Positions 43,029-53,172 of a stretch of 59,869 bases of DNA are shown one piece after another. Made by a program: the position numbers and the translations under genes. How positions within the stretch are numbered: position 1 is the first letter of the stretch; every line of letters starts with the position of its first letter. The notes under the pieces are model-generated. The model ran no database searches and was not told the DNA's origin. It was given only the letters and a program-made list of their open reading frames with translations. Source of the stretch: Minisyncoccota bacterium (GTDB lineage Bacteria; Patescibacteriota; Minisyncoccia; Phycocordibacterales; Phycocordibacteraceae); assembly GCA_018062765.1 (NCBI GenBank), contig JAGORR010000002.1, forward strand, positions 1 to 59,869, read 5' to 3'.

Positions 43029-43718
43029 CTACGGACCCACGATAACGACGAATTCCCCACGGACCTCGTCCGCGTGCTCCGTGAAATACGCGCGCACTTC
43101 CGTAGCACTTCCCCGCACCAGGGATTCATGAAACTTGGTTATCTCGCGTGCAACCGCAATCTCGCGCTTCTCGTCGAGCACTTTCTCCAAGGACTCGAGC
43201 GCCTTCTCTATCCGGTGCGTAGATTCATAGAAGACGACCGCACGTTCTGAAGACGCGATTTCTTTGAACAACGTCTCTCTTCCCTTCTTGTGTGGAAGGA
43301 ACCCTAAGAAAACAAAATCGTGCGTGTGAAGTCCGGCGATTGAAAGCGCAGCCGCGAGCGCTGAGGGTCCCGGTATCGCCTCCACTTTCACATCGCTCCC
43401 GAGCCGCTCGTACGCGAGCCGCACGAGCTCGTTGCCGGGATCTGATATTCCCGGTGTCCCGGCGTCCGTAACGAGCGCAACGCGCTTCCCTGCACCAAGC
43501 AGCGTCAGAACCTTGTCTGCGGCGAGCCGGCCGCTCCGTGCATGGTAGACCAGGAGCGGCTTCTGAATATCGAAACGTGAGAGGAGTTTAGAAGTCACCC
43601 GCGTGTCTTCGCACGCTATCGCGTCTGCCTGCTTCAGGGTTTCGATAGCGCGTAGCGTAATATCCCCTAAGTTACCGATGGGAGTCGCGACAACCGACAA
43701 TACGCCGATGTCTTTCAT
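43029..43718 (-). CDS. rsmI: 16S rRNA (cytidine1402-2'-O)-methyltransferase
   Basis: 229 aa. VATPIGNLGDITLRAIETLKQADAIACEDTR is a tetrapyrrole-methylase-fold RsmI signature. Confidence 0.92.
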   Translation of the reverse strand: MKDIGVLSVVATPIGNLGDITLRAIETLKQADAIACEDTRVTSKLLSRFDIQKPLLVYHARSGRLAADKVLTLLGAGKRVALVTDAGTPGISDPGNELVRLAYERLGSDVKVEAIPGPSALAAALSIAGLHTHDFVFLGFLPHKKGRETLFKEIASSERAVVFYESTHRIEKALESLEKVLDEKREIAVAREITKFHESLVRGSATEVRAYFTEHADEVRGEFVVIVGP

Positions 43719-44992
43719 ATCGCGACAAGCGAGCTCGCTACCTTGTATATATCGCCAGCGCCCATAAGGACGATAGTATCGCGCTCTGCTGCATGCGCGT
43801 CCAGGTGCTTTCCAATATCATCGAACGAATCGATTGCCGAAGCTGCGACCCCATTCTTCGATATCAACTCGGCGAGCGAGCGATTGGAAACCGTCCCATC
43901 ATCGACCTCGCGCGCGGCGTATATAGGCGCTATAACGACTTCGTCGGCGTCGGCAAAAGCCGACGAGAATCCATCGATAAGGTCGCGCGTGCGGCTATAG
44001 AGGTGCGGATGGAACGCGACGATAACCTTCCCTGTCGTCTTCTTCCGTATCTCGGCGAGCGTTCCCTTTATTGCGGTCGGATGATGTGCGTAGTCATCGT
44101 ACACATCCGCACCCTTAGCGGTCTTCCCTTTATATTCAAATCGTCGCCACGTGCCTTCGAATGACGCAAGCGAATCAGCTATGACGGGTGATTTTACGGC
44201 GGCGTATGTCTCTTTTGCTGCTGCGGCTGCCGCGCGTGCGTTCATGACGTTAAATTCGCCCGGAAGCTTCGTCGCATACGCGGGCTCCTTGGTGTAATCG
44301 ATGATACGCACGGAAAGGCCTGCCACTATCGGGGCGATATTCGGATGCGCCGGGTTCGTCACGATAGCGCCGTCTGCCGGCACCTTCTCGGCAAGCGTTC
44401 TGAATGCGGACTGGAAGTCCGCCAGGTCCTTGTAGTAGTCCGTGTGATCCCACTCAACGTTCGTGATAACAAGAATATGGGGTGAGAGTGTGAGGAAGTC
44501 GCGCTTATATTCGCAGGCTTCGACGACGAATATGTTCGAGTCACCCTTGAGATAATTCGATCCAAAATCCTTCACGAGACTCCCTACAATCGCCGTAGGC
44601 GACGCGCCCGCGTCCCGGAGAATGTGAGCAAGCATTCCGGTTGTGGTGGTTTTTCCGTGCGTACCCGAGACCGCAACGGTCTTCATTCCCTTCGAGATAT
44701 CTCCAAGTCCCTGGAAATACGAAATCTGCTGTATACCGAGTTCCTTCGCACGGACACGCTCGGGGTTATCCTCCCAAACTGCCTCGCTATAGATAACGAG
44801 CTCCGCGTCCGGAGGAACGTTCTCTACCTTTTGCCCGATAAGAACGGAGATAGCTTTTGATTCAAGCAGTTCCGTTACGGGGCTTGCCTCACGGTCGGAT
44901 CCGCTGACATCGTTTCCGTGATCCTTCAGGAGCTGCGCGAGGCCGGACATCCCGATGCCTCCAATGCCAACCATGTACATCTTCTTATGCAT
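43715..44992 (-). CDS. murC: UDP-N-acetylmuramate--L-alanine ligase
   Basis: 425 aa. It has MVGIGGIGMSGLAQLL and VSGTHGKTTTTGML. Confidence 0.95.
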   Translation of the reverse strand: MHKKMYMVGIGGIGMSGLAQLLKDHGNDVSGSDREASPVTELLESKAISVLIGQKVENVPPDAELVIYSEAVWEDNPERVRAKELGIQQISYFQGLGDISKGMKTVAVSGTHGKTTTTGMLAHILRDAGASPTAIVGSLVKDFGSNYLKGDSNIFVVEACEYKRDFLTLSPHILVITNVEWDHTDYYKDLADFQSAFRTLAEKVPADGAIVTNPAHPNIAPIVAGLSVRIIDYTKEPAYATKLPGEFNVMNARAAAAAAKETYAAVKSPVIADSLASFEGTWRRFEYKGKTAKGADVYDDYAHHPTAIKGTLAEIRKKTTGKVIVAFHPHLYSRTRDLIDGFSSAFADADEVVIAPIYAAREVDDGTVSNRSLAELISKNGVAASAIDSFDDIGKHLDAHAAERDTIVLMGAGDIYKVASSLVAI

Positions 44993-46307
44993 GATTTTTT
45001 ACGAGTGCATTGAATTGGTCACCTCGATCATACTCATTCTTAAACATGCCAAACGAGGCGAACGCCGGGGACATGAGGATAGTATCGCCCGCCTCTGCCT
45101 CCCGAAACGCAGCATCGACGGCTTTATCAAGAGTCGCGTATATGGTCGCAGCCGGGAGCTTCGAGCGGATGCGATCAGTTCCCGTGCCCGCAAGGAGTAC
45201 CACGTGCTTCACGACATTCGGGAGCTCATCGAAAAGCGCGTTCATGACAAGACCTTTGTCGGCCCCGCCCATGATGAGAATAATGTTGGGTTTCTCCCCG
45301 GCAAGCGCACGAAGCGCGACGACCGTTGCCTCCGGCGTCGTTGCGGTGGTGTCGTTGTAAACCCTCACCCCATTCACCTCCCGGATAAACTCGAGCCGGC
45401 CGGGCACGCCCGGGAAGGTTGCGAGCGCCTTTTCAATAGACTCATCAGGGATGCCGAGCGCTCTTGCCGCCTCAACCGCAAGCGCCGCGTCATATCGGTT
45501 ATGCTCGCCTGGGATGGCGAGTTTCCAGTCTGCGCGAAGGTCATGGTCACCAACCACAGTGACGTGACTCCGAATATCTCCACCATATGATTCCTGTATG
45601 AGTTCTGCACATTGGCTTCCAAGGACCAGCGTATCTTCTGGCTTCTGATTGAGGAATATATTGGCCTTATCCGCGAGGTACGCCCGCATGTCGTTCTTGT
45701 AGTAATTAAGATGATCCTCGTACAAGGTGGTGAACACTGCCACTGACGGCGAGATCGTCGCATCGCCGAGTCCCTGGCACTGCCATGAATCGAGCTCGAG
45801 GACGGCAACCTCGCTACCTGTTATCTGGGGCAAAAGTGCGAGGGTGGAAACACCACGAACATTCCCACCGAGAAGAACCTTTTTGCCGGCCTCTTTGAGG
45901 ATTGCAGCAATCATATGGGTCGTTGTCGACTTTCCGCGTGTACCCGTAATACCAACAGTGGTGACGCCGGATAGCTCCATAAAAAGATCAGCGCTCATGC
46001 GCACTGGAATATTGTTCTTGCGTGCCTCCTCTATATATATGGAATCAAACGGCACGCCTGCCGCCTTAAGAACCATATCGCGAGCCCTAAAATCCTCTAG
46101 CCGATGCTCGCCAAGTATAAAAGTTATGTTTGAAAAGGAGCTCAGAGCGTCGACCGACTCAGCAAGTTGCTCCTTGGTCTTGAGGTCAGTAACGATGAGC
46201 TCTGCCCCACACTCAGCAAGATATTTAGCGTCCCCTACCCCACGCCCAAGAAGCCCGAGTCCCATCAAGGTTACCTTCTTGCCCCGGAAGTGAGAGGAAG
46301 CGTCCAT
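44985..46307 (-). CDS. murD: UDP-N-acetylmuramoylalanine--D-glutamate ligase
   Basis: 440 aa. It has VTLMGLGLLGRGVGDAKYL and ITGTRGKSTTTHMI. Confidence 0.95.
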   Translation of the reverse strand: MDASSHFRGKKVTLMGLGLLGRGVGDAKYLAECGAELIVTDLKTKEQLAESVDALSSFSNITFILGEHRLEDFRARDMVLKAAGVPFDSIYIEEARKNNIPVRMSADLFMELSGVTTVGITGTRGKSTTTHMIAAILKEAGKKVLLGGNVRGVSTLALLPQITGSEVAVLELDSWQCQGLGDATISPSVAVFTTLYEDHLNYYKNDMRAYLADKANIFLNQKPEDTLVLGSQCAELIQESYGGDIRSHVTVVGDHDLRADWKLAIPGEHNRYDAALAVEAARALGIPDESIEKALATFPGVPGRLEFIREVNGVRVYNDTTATTPEATVVALRALAGEKPNIILIMGGADKGLVMNALFDELPNVVKHVVLLAGTGTDRIRSKLPAATIYATLDKAVDAAFREAEAGDTILMSPAFASFGMFKNEYDRGDQFNALVKNHA

Positions 46308-46320
46308 AGTAGTGAAGGCC

Positions 46321-46360
46321 GGAGCTACGGGACCGCCGGTATCAGTCGAGCTGAGCTCAG
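46321..46360 (-). pseudogene. Partial, degenerate copy of tRNA-Ile (D-arm remnant, anticodon arm and variable region) directly 3' of the intact tRNA
   Basis: The minus strand reads GCTCAG-CTCGACTGATAC-CG-GCGGTCCC. The intact tRNA reads GCTCAG..(11 nt)..CTCGACTGATAC-TCGA-GCGGTCCC. The 12-nt anticodon-arm block and the 8-nt variable-region block are identical. Confidence 0.5.
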
Positions 46361-46376
46361 CCTGTTATGTCCTGTG

Positions 46377-46449
46377 TGCACGCGCCAAGATTCGAACTTG
46401 GGACCGCTCGAGTATCAGTCGAGTGCTCTACCAACTGAGCTACGCGTGC
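46377..46449 (-). tRNA. tRNA-Ile (anticodon GAU), CCA not encoded
   Basis: Hand-folded cloverleaf: acceptor GCACGCG/CGCGTGC, D arm GCTC-AGTTGGTA-GAGC, anticodon arm CTCGA-CTGATAC-TCGAG, variable CGGTC, T arm CCAAG-TTCGAAT-CTTGG, discriminator A. Confidence 0.9.
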
Positions 46450-46738
46450 ACACAGGACAGAACGCGGGAACCGGCTGAGCTCAGGCCTTCTGAGCCGCGT
46501 GCGCTGGCTAACTCCCGGATACTACCAGAAATCCCCAGGTCCTTCCACCGGGTCGTCTCGTGAGCCCTATACTGCGAGTATAGATGGTGTACCGAGGCTC
46601 CCGGCCCCGAGAAGCCAAGTCCTTAGCAGCAAGGACGGTCTCCACCCCGGTCGCTAAATGGCGAAGGCACCGCAACAAGAAGCGAATATGGCGACGAGCC
46701 GTAAAGAAATTCGAGCTCTCGCTCATCCTCTCAGAAAC

Positions 46739-46772
46739 AACAGAAACCGCGCCCTTTGGCGCGGTTTCTGTT
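46739..46772 (-). terminator. Terminator-like hairpin between the 16S processing stem and tRNA-Ile
   Basis: AACAGAAACCGCGCC-cttt-GGCGCGGTTTCTGTT, a 15-bp stem. On the minus-strand RNA it is followed by GUUUCUGAG. Confidence 0.5.
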
Positions 46773-46806
46773 TAGTCGTTCTGAAAATCTGCAAAGATTT
46801 GTCTTC

Positions 46807-46823
46807 TTTTGTTCCGCCTATTC
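46807..46823 (-). repeat. 3' strand of the 16S precursor processing stem
   Basis: TTTTGTTCCGCCTATTC is the perfect reverse complement of 48434..48450. Confidence 0.7.
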
Positions 46824-46974
46824 GCCATTGTCGGAGCGTCAATTGAGCGCTCCGACTCAGACACCGGTAACGTTTTTCCGGCGATCGAACACCCATTCGG
46901 AGATGAAGTGTCATTTCTCACAGTTCCGAAGAACTGTATCGACATGATAGGCCTTTCGGGCTCTATCGATTCCT

Positions 46975-48430
<1,456 letters not shown>

Positions 48431-48433
48431 TAA

Positions 48434-48450
48434 GAATAGGCGGAACAAAA
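48434..48450 (-). repeat. 5' strand of the 16S precursor processing stem
   Basis: GAATAGGCGGAACAAAA (plus strand) pairs perfectly with 46807..46823. It lies only a few nt upstream of the mature 5' end. Confidence 0.7.
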
Positions 48451-48555
48451 CAAAACACATCTTTCTCCCAGCACTCATTGTGAGTGCTGGGTTGTTGCAG
48501 ATATTCAGTTGTCAAAGAGACCAAAGAAAACCGCCGCCCCTGCGACAGTAGGCAT

Positions 48556-48584
48556 ATCCTACCCTCCCCTCGGGGGGTCGTCAA
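48556..48584 (-). promoter_or_regulatory. Candidate sigma70-type promoter for the 16S rRNA gene
   Basis: The minus strand reads TTGACG-N17-TAGGAT, about 115 nt upstream of the mature 16S 5' end. Confidence 0.5.
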
Positions 48585-48786
48585 GCGGGCGGGAAGCGCT
48601 GTAGAAGGGCTTACGTAAGCCCTTCTCAAGCCACCCGTCGAGCCAACTGGTGCGCCGAGAAAGGCTGTCGACCGATTCGTCTCCAGACCTTGTATCAGCG
48701 TGTGTCTCAGGTGCCCCCCTTGTGGCCGCGCTTGCGTCGATCCTCGACATCGCATCACCCCGACCTCGCGAAATGGATTGTCAACA

Positions 48787-48814
48787 TTGCGAGTGAGTGA
48801 TGAGGGCGTATGAT
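48787..48814 (+). promoter_or_regulatory. Candidate promoter for pyrH
   Basis: The plus strand reads TTGCGA-N16-TATGAT, with the ATG 30 nt downstream of the -10. Confidence 0.35.
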
Positions 48815-48844
48815 TGCTACTAGCCGTCAACCCTTGCCTTACTC

Positions 48845-49537
48845 ATGGATACCCCCCAGGAGAGAATTATCGTCTCGGTCGGAGGCTCGCTTATAGTCCC
48901 CGGAGGGGTTGATACCGGCTTTCTCATTCGCCTTCGCGACCTCGTAACCCAAAAGGTTAACGAGGGTTTTTCTTTTTATATCATCACGGGCGGAGGGAAG
49001 CTCTCGCGCGAGTGGCGAGATGCGGCGCTTGCGATTAATCCTGAGGTTAGCAACGAGCAGATGGACTACGTGGGTATCGCAGCGACCAGGACGAATGCGG
49101 AATTGGTTCGCAGCATCTTCGCCGGATATGACATTCCTTCGATAATCCTCGATGTTCGTGAGCCAATTACGTCCACCTCCCCTATCGTCATCGCCGGTGG
49201 ACTCGCGCCAGGCTGGTCGACCGATTACTGCGCCGTGCTTGCGGCGAAAGCGACTGGTGCGAAAAAGCTCGTCAATCTTTCTAATATCGATTACGTCTAT
49301 ACCGCCGACCCGCGCACAGACAGTGACGCGGTGAAAATCGAGAAGACGTCATGGGCCGATTTCCGTAAGCTCATACCGGACGAGTGGAACCCTGGCCTCT
49401 CTTCCCCGTTCGATCCGGTTGCCGCAAAGGAAGCGGAATCTTTGGGGCTAGAGGTCGTTGTGATGAATGGGAGCGATCTCTCGCGCTTCGCGGACTACCT
49501 CGAAGGTAAACCGTTCGTCGGTACCGTAATCTCTTAG
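48845..49537 (+). CDS. pyrH: UMP kinase, archaeal-type (amino-acid-kinase fold)
   Basis: 230 aa. It has RIIVSVGGSLIVP, IITGGGKLSREW, GIAATRTNAELV and NIDYVYTADPRTD. The length and motifs resemble archaeal PyrH rather than the ~240-aa bacterial type. Confidence 0.8.
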   Translation: MDTPQERIIVSVGGSLIVPGGVDTGFLIRLRDLVTQKVNEGFSFYIITGGGKLSREWRDAALAINPEVSNEQMDYVGIAATRTNAELVRSIFAGYDIPSIILDVREPITSTSPIVIAGGLAPGWSTDYCAVLAAKATGAKKLVNLSNIDYVYTADPRTDSDAVKIEKTSWADFRKLIPDEWNPGLSSPFDPVAAKEAESLGLEVVVMNGSDLSRFADYLEGKPFVGTVIS

Positions 49538-50082
49538 CCGAGTTTTGCGAGCGCAGTTCCTAGGCTCGTCCGAAGATCCTCAAGCGTTCCATCATTAGTG
49601 ACCGTCGCGTCCGCAGAAGCGATGACAGCGCGAATGTTTGCGCCGGTCGACCCCTGCCCTTCATCCTCACGCTTGGAGTTCTCTACGAACTCTTCGAAGG
49701 TAACGGCGTCCTTCCCGCCATCGCCTCGCTTTACCGTACGTTCGTAGCGGGTCTTAAGTCCAGCGTCGACACCAAGAATCCTTCCTCCGACGCTCCGCAC
49801 ATATGCGGCCTCGGTCTCGCGATGTATCGCTTCCAGTATGAAATCCTGCGCGCCATCCGCCATGGCTCGTTCATAGGACATGGTGAGGACACCACCCGGA
49901 TACTCATTCATGAGTTCGTCCGCTAAGGTAGACATCGCAAGTCGCGTATCCGGCTCGCCTCTTTCTTTTAGGATCTTGCGGAGCGTATCAGAGCTCGAAT
50001 AGTGCTTGAACCCTTTCTCTTTGAGATAGTCGACCACCGTGCCCTTTCCTGCTCCAATGGTGCCGGCTATCCCTAAAATCAT
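49534..50082 (-). CDS. P-loop nucleotide/nucleoside kinase (CoaE/dNMP-kinase-like)
   Basis: 182 aa. The N-terminus is MILGIAGTIGAGKGTVVDYLKEKGF (Walker A at the extreme N-terminus). The substrate is not assignable from sequence. Confidence 0.6.
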   Translation of the reverse strand: MILGIAGTIGAGKGTVVDYLKEKGFKHYSSSDTLRKILKERGEPDTRLAMSTLADELMNEYPGGVLTMSYERAMADGAQDFILEAIHRETEAAYVRSVGGRILGVDAGLKTRYERTVKRGDGGKDAVTFEEFVENSKREDEGQGSTGANIRAVIASADATVTNDGTLEDLRTSLGTALAKLG

Positions 50083-50085
50083 AGG

Positions 50086-51003
50086 CTACTTCGCCACCTT
50101 CTTCTTTGAGAGCCAAGCAGCGATAGGAATCAAGAGCGGTGCCGAGCGCGTAATGGATGAGAAGGTACCCGCTGCGACTCCAACAATCATGACTATCGCA
50201 AAGTGCTGCGTCGCCTCACCTCCAAGAAATGCGAGTGCGAGGAGCGCAAGCACCACTGTAAGCCCCGTATTGATTGAGCGTCCCATCGTCTCGTCTATGG
50301 ACTTCCCGACGGTCGTTTCAAACGGCTCGTCAATCTCCTCTTCCTCGTTCCGCTTCAGATGCTCGCGCACGCGGTCGAAGATGACGATGACGTCATTCAC
50401 ACAGTATCCAAGGAGCGCCAACAGGGCGACGACGAACAGGGCGTCAACTTCAGCACCCGTAAAGTGCCCGTACGCCGCATAGAATCCGGTCGGCACCAAA
50501 ATGTCGAGCACGAGCATCGCAATCGCGATGAGACCATAGCCCCAGGACGGCACCGGCTTCGAGACCTTCCTGAAGGTCCATGCGATATAGAGGACAATCG
50601 TCAGGATGACCGCCGCTAGTGCCCACGCAGCTTTTGCTGCAAGCTCGGCCCCAAGCGCGGGACCAATTGAGTTAAACCTGAGCTCGGTCAGAGCTCCTGC
50701 TTCCGGTACGGAAACCGCAGCAATCACCGCATCATGTGCCTCCGGTGAAAGTAGCGGGGTGCGGATGACAAACCCTGCGGTGCCGCTCTCACGTATCGAG
50801 ACACCCCCTATCGCGATACCTTCCACTTTGGCGCGCACGGTCTCAAGCGTAGGTCGCTCACCTGCGTAGGATATCTCCATCAGTGAGCCACCCGCAAAAT
50901 CAATAGAACGTGGTAGCCCGAACGCGAATATAGAAACGACTGACGCCGCGACGACGACGCCGATGAGCCAGAAGAAGAACGCGCGGTGTTTAACAATAAA
51001 CAT
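50086..51003 (-). CDS. secF: Protein-export membrane protein SecF
   Basis: 305 aa with six hydrophobic helices. It has IDFAGGSLMEI and VIFDRVRE, and sits directly downstream of secD. Confidence 0.9.
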   Translation of the reverse strand: MFIVKHRAFFFWLIGVVVAASVVSIFAFGLPRSIDFAGGSLMEISYAGERPTLETVRAKVEGIAIGGVSIRESGTAGFVIRTPLLSPEAHDAVIAAVSVPEAGALTELRFNSIGPALGAELAAKAAWALAAVILTIVLYIAWTFRKVSKPVPSWGYGLIAIAMLVLDILVPTGFYAAYGHFTGAEVDALFVVALLALLGYCVNDVIVIFDRVREHLKRNEEEEIDEPFETTVGKSIDETMGRSINTGLTVVLALLALAFLGGEATQHFAIVMIVGVAAGTFSSITRSAPLLIPIAAWLSKKKVAK

Positions 51004-51007
51004 ATGA

Positions 51008-52336
51008 CTAATGGAGGCGGAGCCCGCTACTCATAAGGGTGCGCCACGTTTTACCGCCGTGCTCGGGCACGACTGCAAGCAGGAACGCGCGCGTTACCGT
51101 TATCGCCGTGAAGAGAGAGACGATGACACCGAGTCCGAAGACGAGCGCAAAGCCCTTTACGAGGCCGGTGCCAAGCCAGAACAGGATCACGGAAGAGATG
51201 ATCATCGTAAAGTGACCATCTCGTATCGCAGTCCATGCGCGCGCGAAACCAGTATCGACGGCCTCCCGCATCTTCTTGCCGGCACGAAGCTCTTCCTTGG
51301 TGCGCTCGAAGATGAGTACGTTCGCGTCGACCGCCATACCAATAGAGAGAATGAGTCCAGCGATGCCCGAGGCAGTAAGCGTAATCGGGATGAATTTCAC
51401 GATAGCAATCGTGATGATGACATAGAGAACCAGTGCGATTGATGCCACGAGTCCCGCGAAGCGGTACCAAACGATCATGAAAATCGCCACCAGTACGAAC
51501 CCGACGACTCCTGCCATGAGCCCTGCCTGGTACGCATCTGCGCCCAAGGTAGGTCCAACGGTATTGCTTCCGACAAGCTCGATGGGGACTGGCAAGGCGC
51601 CGAAGTTAAGGTTCCGAACGAGCTCGCGTGCCTCGGTTGGCGTAAACCCTCCGGTAATAGATGCAGTACCTCCCGTGATTGATTCCTGGATTACCGGTGC
51701 GGAGATTATTGCGCCATCGAGGAATATCGCGAGCTGTCGGCCGACGTTGTTCTCGGTAATATCTGCGAACAGCTCCGTACCCTCGTCATTAAAATGAATG
51801 AGCACGATAGGCTCGTTAAGAGCGACTCCTCCTTGTCCGCCACCAAACTGCAGCTCAGCGTTCTTGAGATAGCGACCGGTGAGCCCGGTGTCTGAATATG
51901 ACTGATTGACCGTGAGTACACCATCCTCGTCTACATCACCCACGTTACCCTCCGCAAGTTTAAATTCGAGTACCGGTGTCTTTCCGATAGCGTCCACGGC
52001 GGCCTTCACATCAGTGACGCCTGGAAGTTCTACGAGAAGCCTGTCCTCGGTCGCTCCTGCGACGATGCTTGATTTCTCAAGCTGTATCAAAGGCTCGCCG
52101 ACGCCAAACGCGTTGATACGCCGTTCGATGACATCCCTCAAGGACTCCAAGGCGCCTTCCTTGTCAGTGGCGAGATTTGCAGTATCCGCCCGGTAGATGA
52201 GCTCTGTACCGCCGGCAAGATCGAGGCCAAGACGTATTGGGTAGCGAGTCTCTGTGCCATGGGTCGCCACCAGAAACCAAAGGAGAAGGCACCCTAGGAT
52301 TAGGGCGCCGAGCGCGGATAGACGTGCCGAAAGCAT
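51008..52336 (-). CDS. secD: Protein-export membrane protein SecD
   Basis: 442 aa. It has LGLDLAGGTELIY, GPTLGADA and AVDANVLIFERTKEE. Confidence 0.9.
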   Translation of the reverse strand: MLSARLSALGALILGCLLLWFLVATHGTETRYPIRLGLDLAGGTELIYRADTANLATDKEGALESLRDVIERRINAFGVGEPLIQLEKSSIVAGATEDRLLVELPGVTDVKAAVDAIGKTPVLEFKLAEGNVGDVDEDGVLTVNQSYSDTGLTGRYLKNAELQFGGGQGGVALNEPIVLIHFNDEGTELFADITENNVGRQLAIFLDGAIISAPVIQESITGGTASITGGFTPTEARELVRNLNFGALPVPIELVGSNTVGPTLGADAYQAGLMAGVVGFVLVAIFMIVWYRFAGLVASIALVLYVIITIAIVKFIPITLTASGIAGLILSIGMAVDANVLIFERTKEELRAGKKMREAVDTGFARAWTAIRDGHFTMIISSVILFWLGTGLVKGFALVFGLGVIVSLFTAITVTRAFLLAVVPEHGGKTWRTLMSSGLRLH

Positions 52337-52341
52337 CGCGG

Positions 52342-53172
52342 TCAGTATACGCCGGAGGGCTTAAGGAGGACAAGCCATGCTACGTTTGCGAAAAGACAGG
52401 CTACGGCGATGGGTCCCACCCCGCCTGGGACCGGGGTAAAGACCGAGGCCACCTCGGCGCACCTAGGGTCCATATCCCCCACGAGCTGCCCGCCGGATTC
52501 CGATGTCCCGGCATCGATGAGTATGGCACCCTCTTTCACCATATCGTTTGTAATGAGCCCCGCATGACCCGCGCCAGATACCACCACGTCCGCGTCCGCA
52601 AGCATCTCCGGGAGCATCGATTCGGATTCCTGATTAGCAACCGTTACGGTAGCGCCCTTTGCGCGCAGCCACGAAGCGACCGGATTCCCCACGAGCCAAC
52701 CTTCGCCTACCACGACGGCGCGCATCCCTCGCGGATCGACACTCGCAGATGTCAGTATGTGCGCGACTGCACCTACGACAGGCGGCATGTATGTATTCGC
52801 GTCGTCTGATGCAAACGCGTCGCGAGCGTTCTTCCCTAGCACATCGGCATCCTTGCTTCGCGGAATGGCATCGAGCACGCGCTTAGCATCGAGTGCGGGA
52901 GGTAGTGGAAGCTGCACGATGATGGCATCCTCTGTAGCGCTGTCGATGCGCGCGATAAGCTCCTCTTCCGTAACAGAATCAGGGTAGCGCGCGACCGCAA
53001 GAATCATCCCGGCCTCGTGAGCGCGCGCCGACTTGATCTTAAGGTAAGACTCGGTCGCGGCATTCGGCGCTACCGTGATCGCAAGCACGACAGGCGTACG
53101 GCCGAGCCCACTAATCCGTGTACGCGTTTTGGCAAGTATTTCGGCCGCTATCTTTTTCCCGTCGATAATCAT
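52342..53172 (-). CDS. folD: Bifunctional methylenetetrahydrofolate dehydrogenase/cyclohydrolase
   Basis: I set the start at MIIDGKKIAAEI (53172), which forms an ATGA overlap with the upstream stop. It has VVVGEGWLVGNPVA and TPVPGGVGPI. Confidence 0.92.
   Translation of the reverse strand: MIIDGKKIAAEILAKTRTRISGLGRTPVVLAITVAPNAATESYLKIKSARAHEAGMILAVARYPDSVTEEELIARIDSATEDAIIVQLPLPPALDAKRVLDAIPRSKDADVLGKNARDAFASDDANTYMPPVVGAVAHILTSASVDPRGMRAVVVGEGWLVGNPVASWLRAKGATVTVANQESESMLPEMLADADVVVSGAGHAGLITNDMVKEGAILIDAGTSESGGQLVGDMDPRCAEVASVFTPVPGGVGPIAVACLFANVAWLVLLKPSGVY

Noticed and set aside
46300-46500. An integrated mobile element or prophage at tRNA-Ile, suggested by the partial tRNA duplicate.
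   Set aside because: There is no integrase, recombinase or phage-like gene on either side. murD on one side and the 16S on the other are core genes. The duplicate lies only about 17 nt from the intact tRNA, so at most it is an old scar.
46508-46726. 72-aa minus-strand ORF, and the possibility of a separate RNA gene (SRP RNA, RNase P or tmRNA) in the 16S-tRNA spacer. A local string AGCAGCAAGG resembles the SRP domain IV strand AGCAGCCAAGG.
   Set aside because: The ORF product has no features of a real protein. The SRP-like match is one short strand without the GGAA-capped helix partner. I found no RNase P P4 strings (GAGGAAAGUCC) and no tmRNA tRNA-like end. I treat the region as structured spacer.
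48604-48625. Perfect 22-nt palindrome GAAGGGCTTAC/GTAAGCCCTTC between pyrH and the 16S promoter candidate, considered as a bidirectional terminator or operator.
   Set aside because: It lies upstream of both divergent promoters, so it terminates nothing obvious. There is no flanking U/A tract. Without comparative data I cannot support a function.
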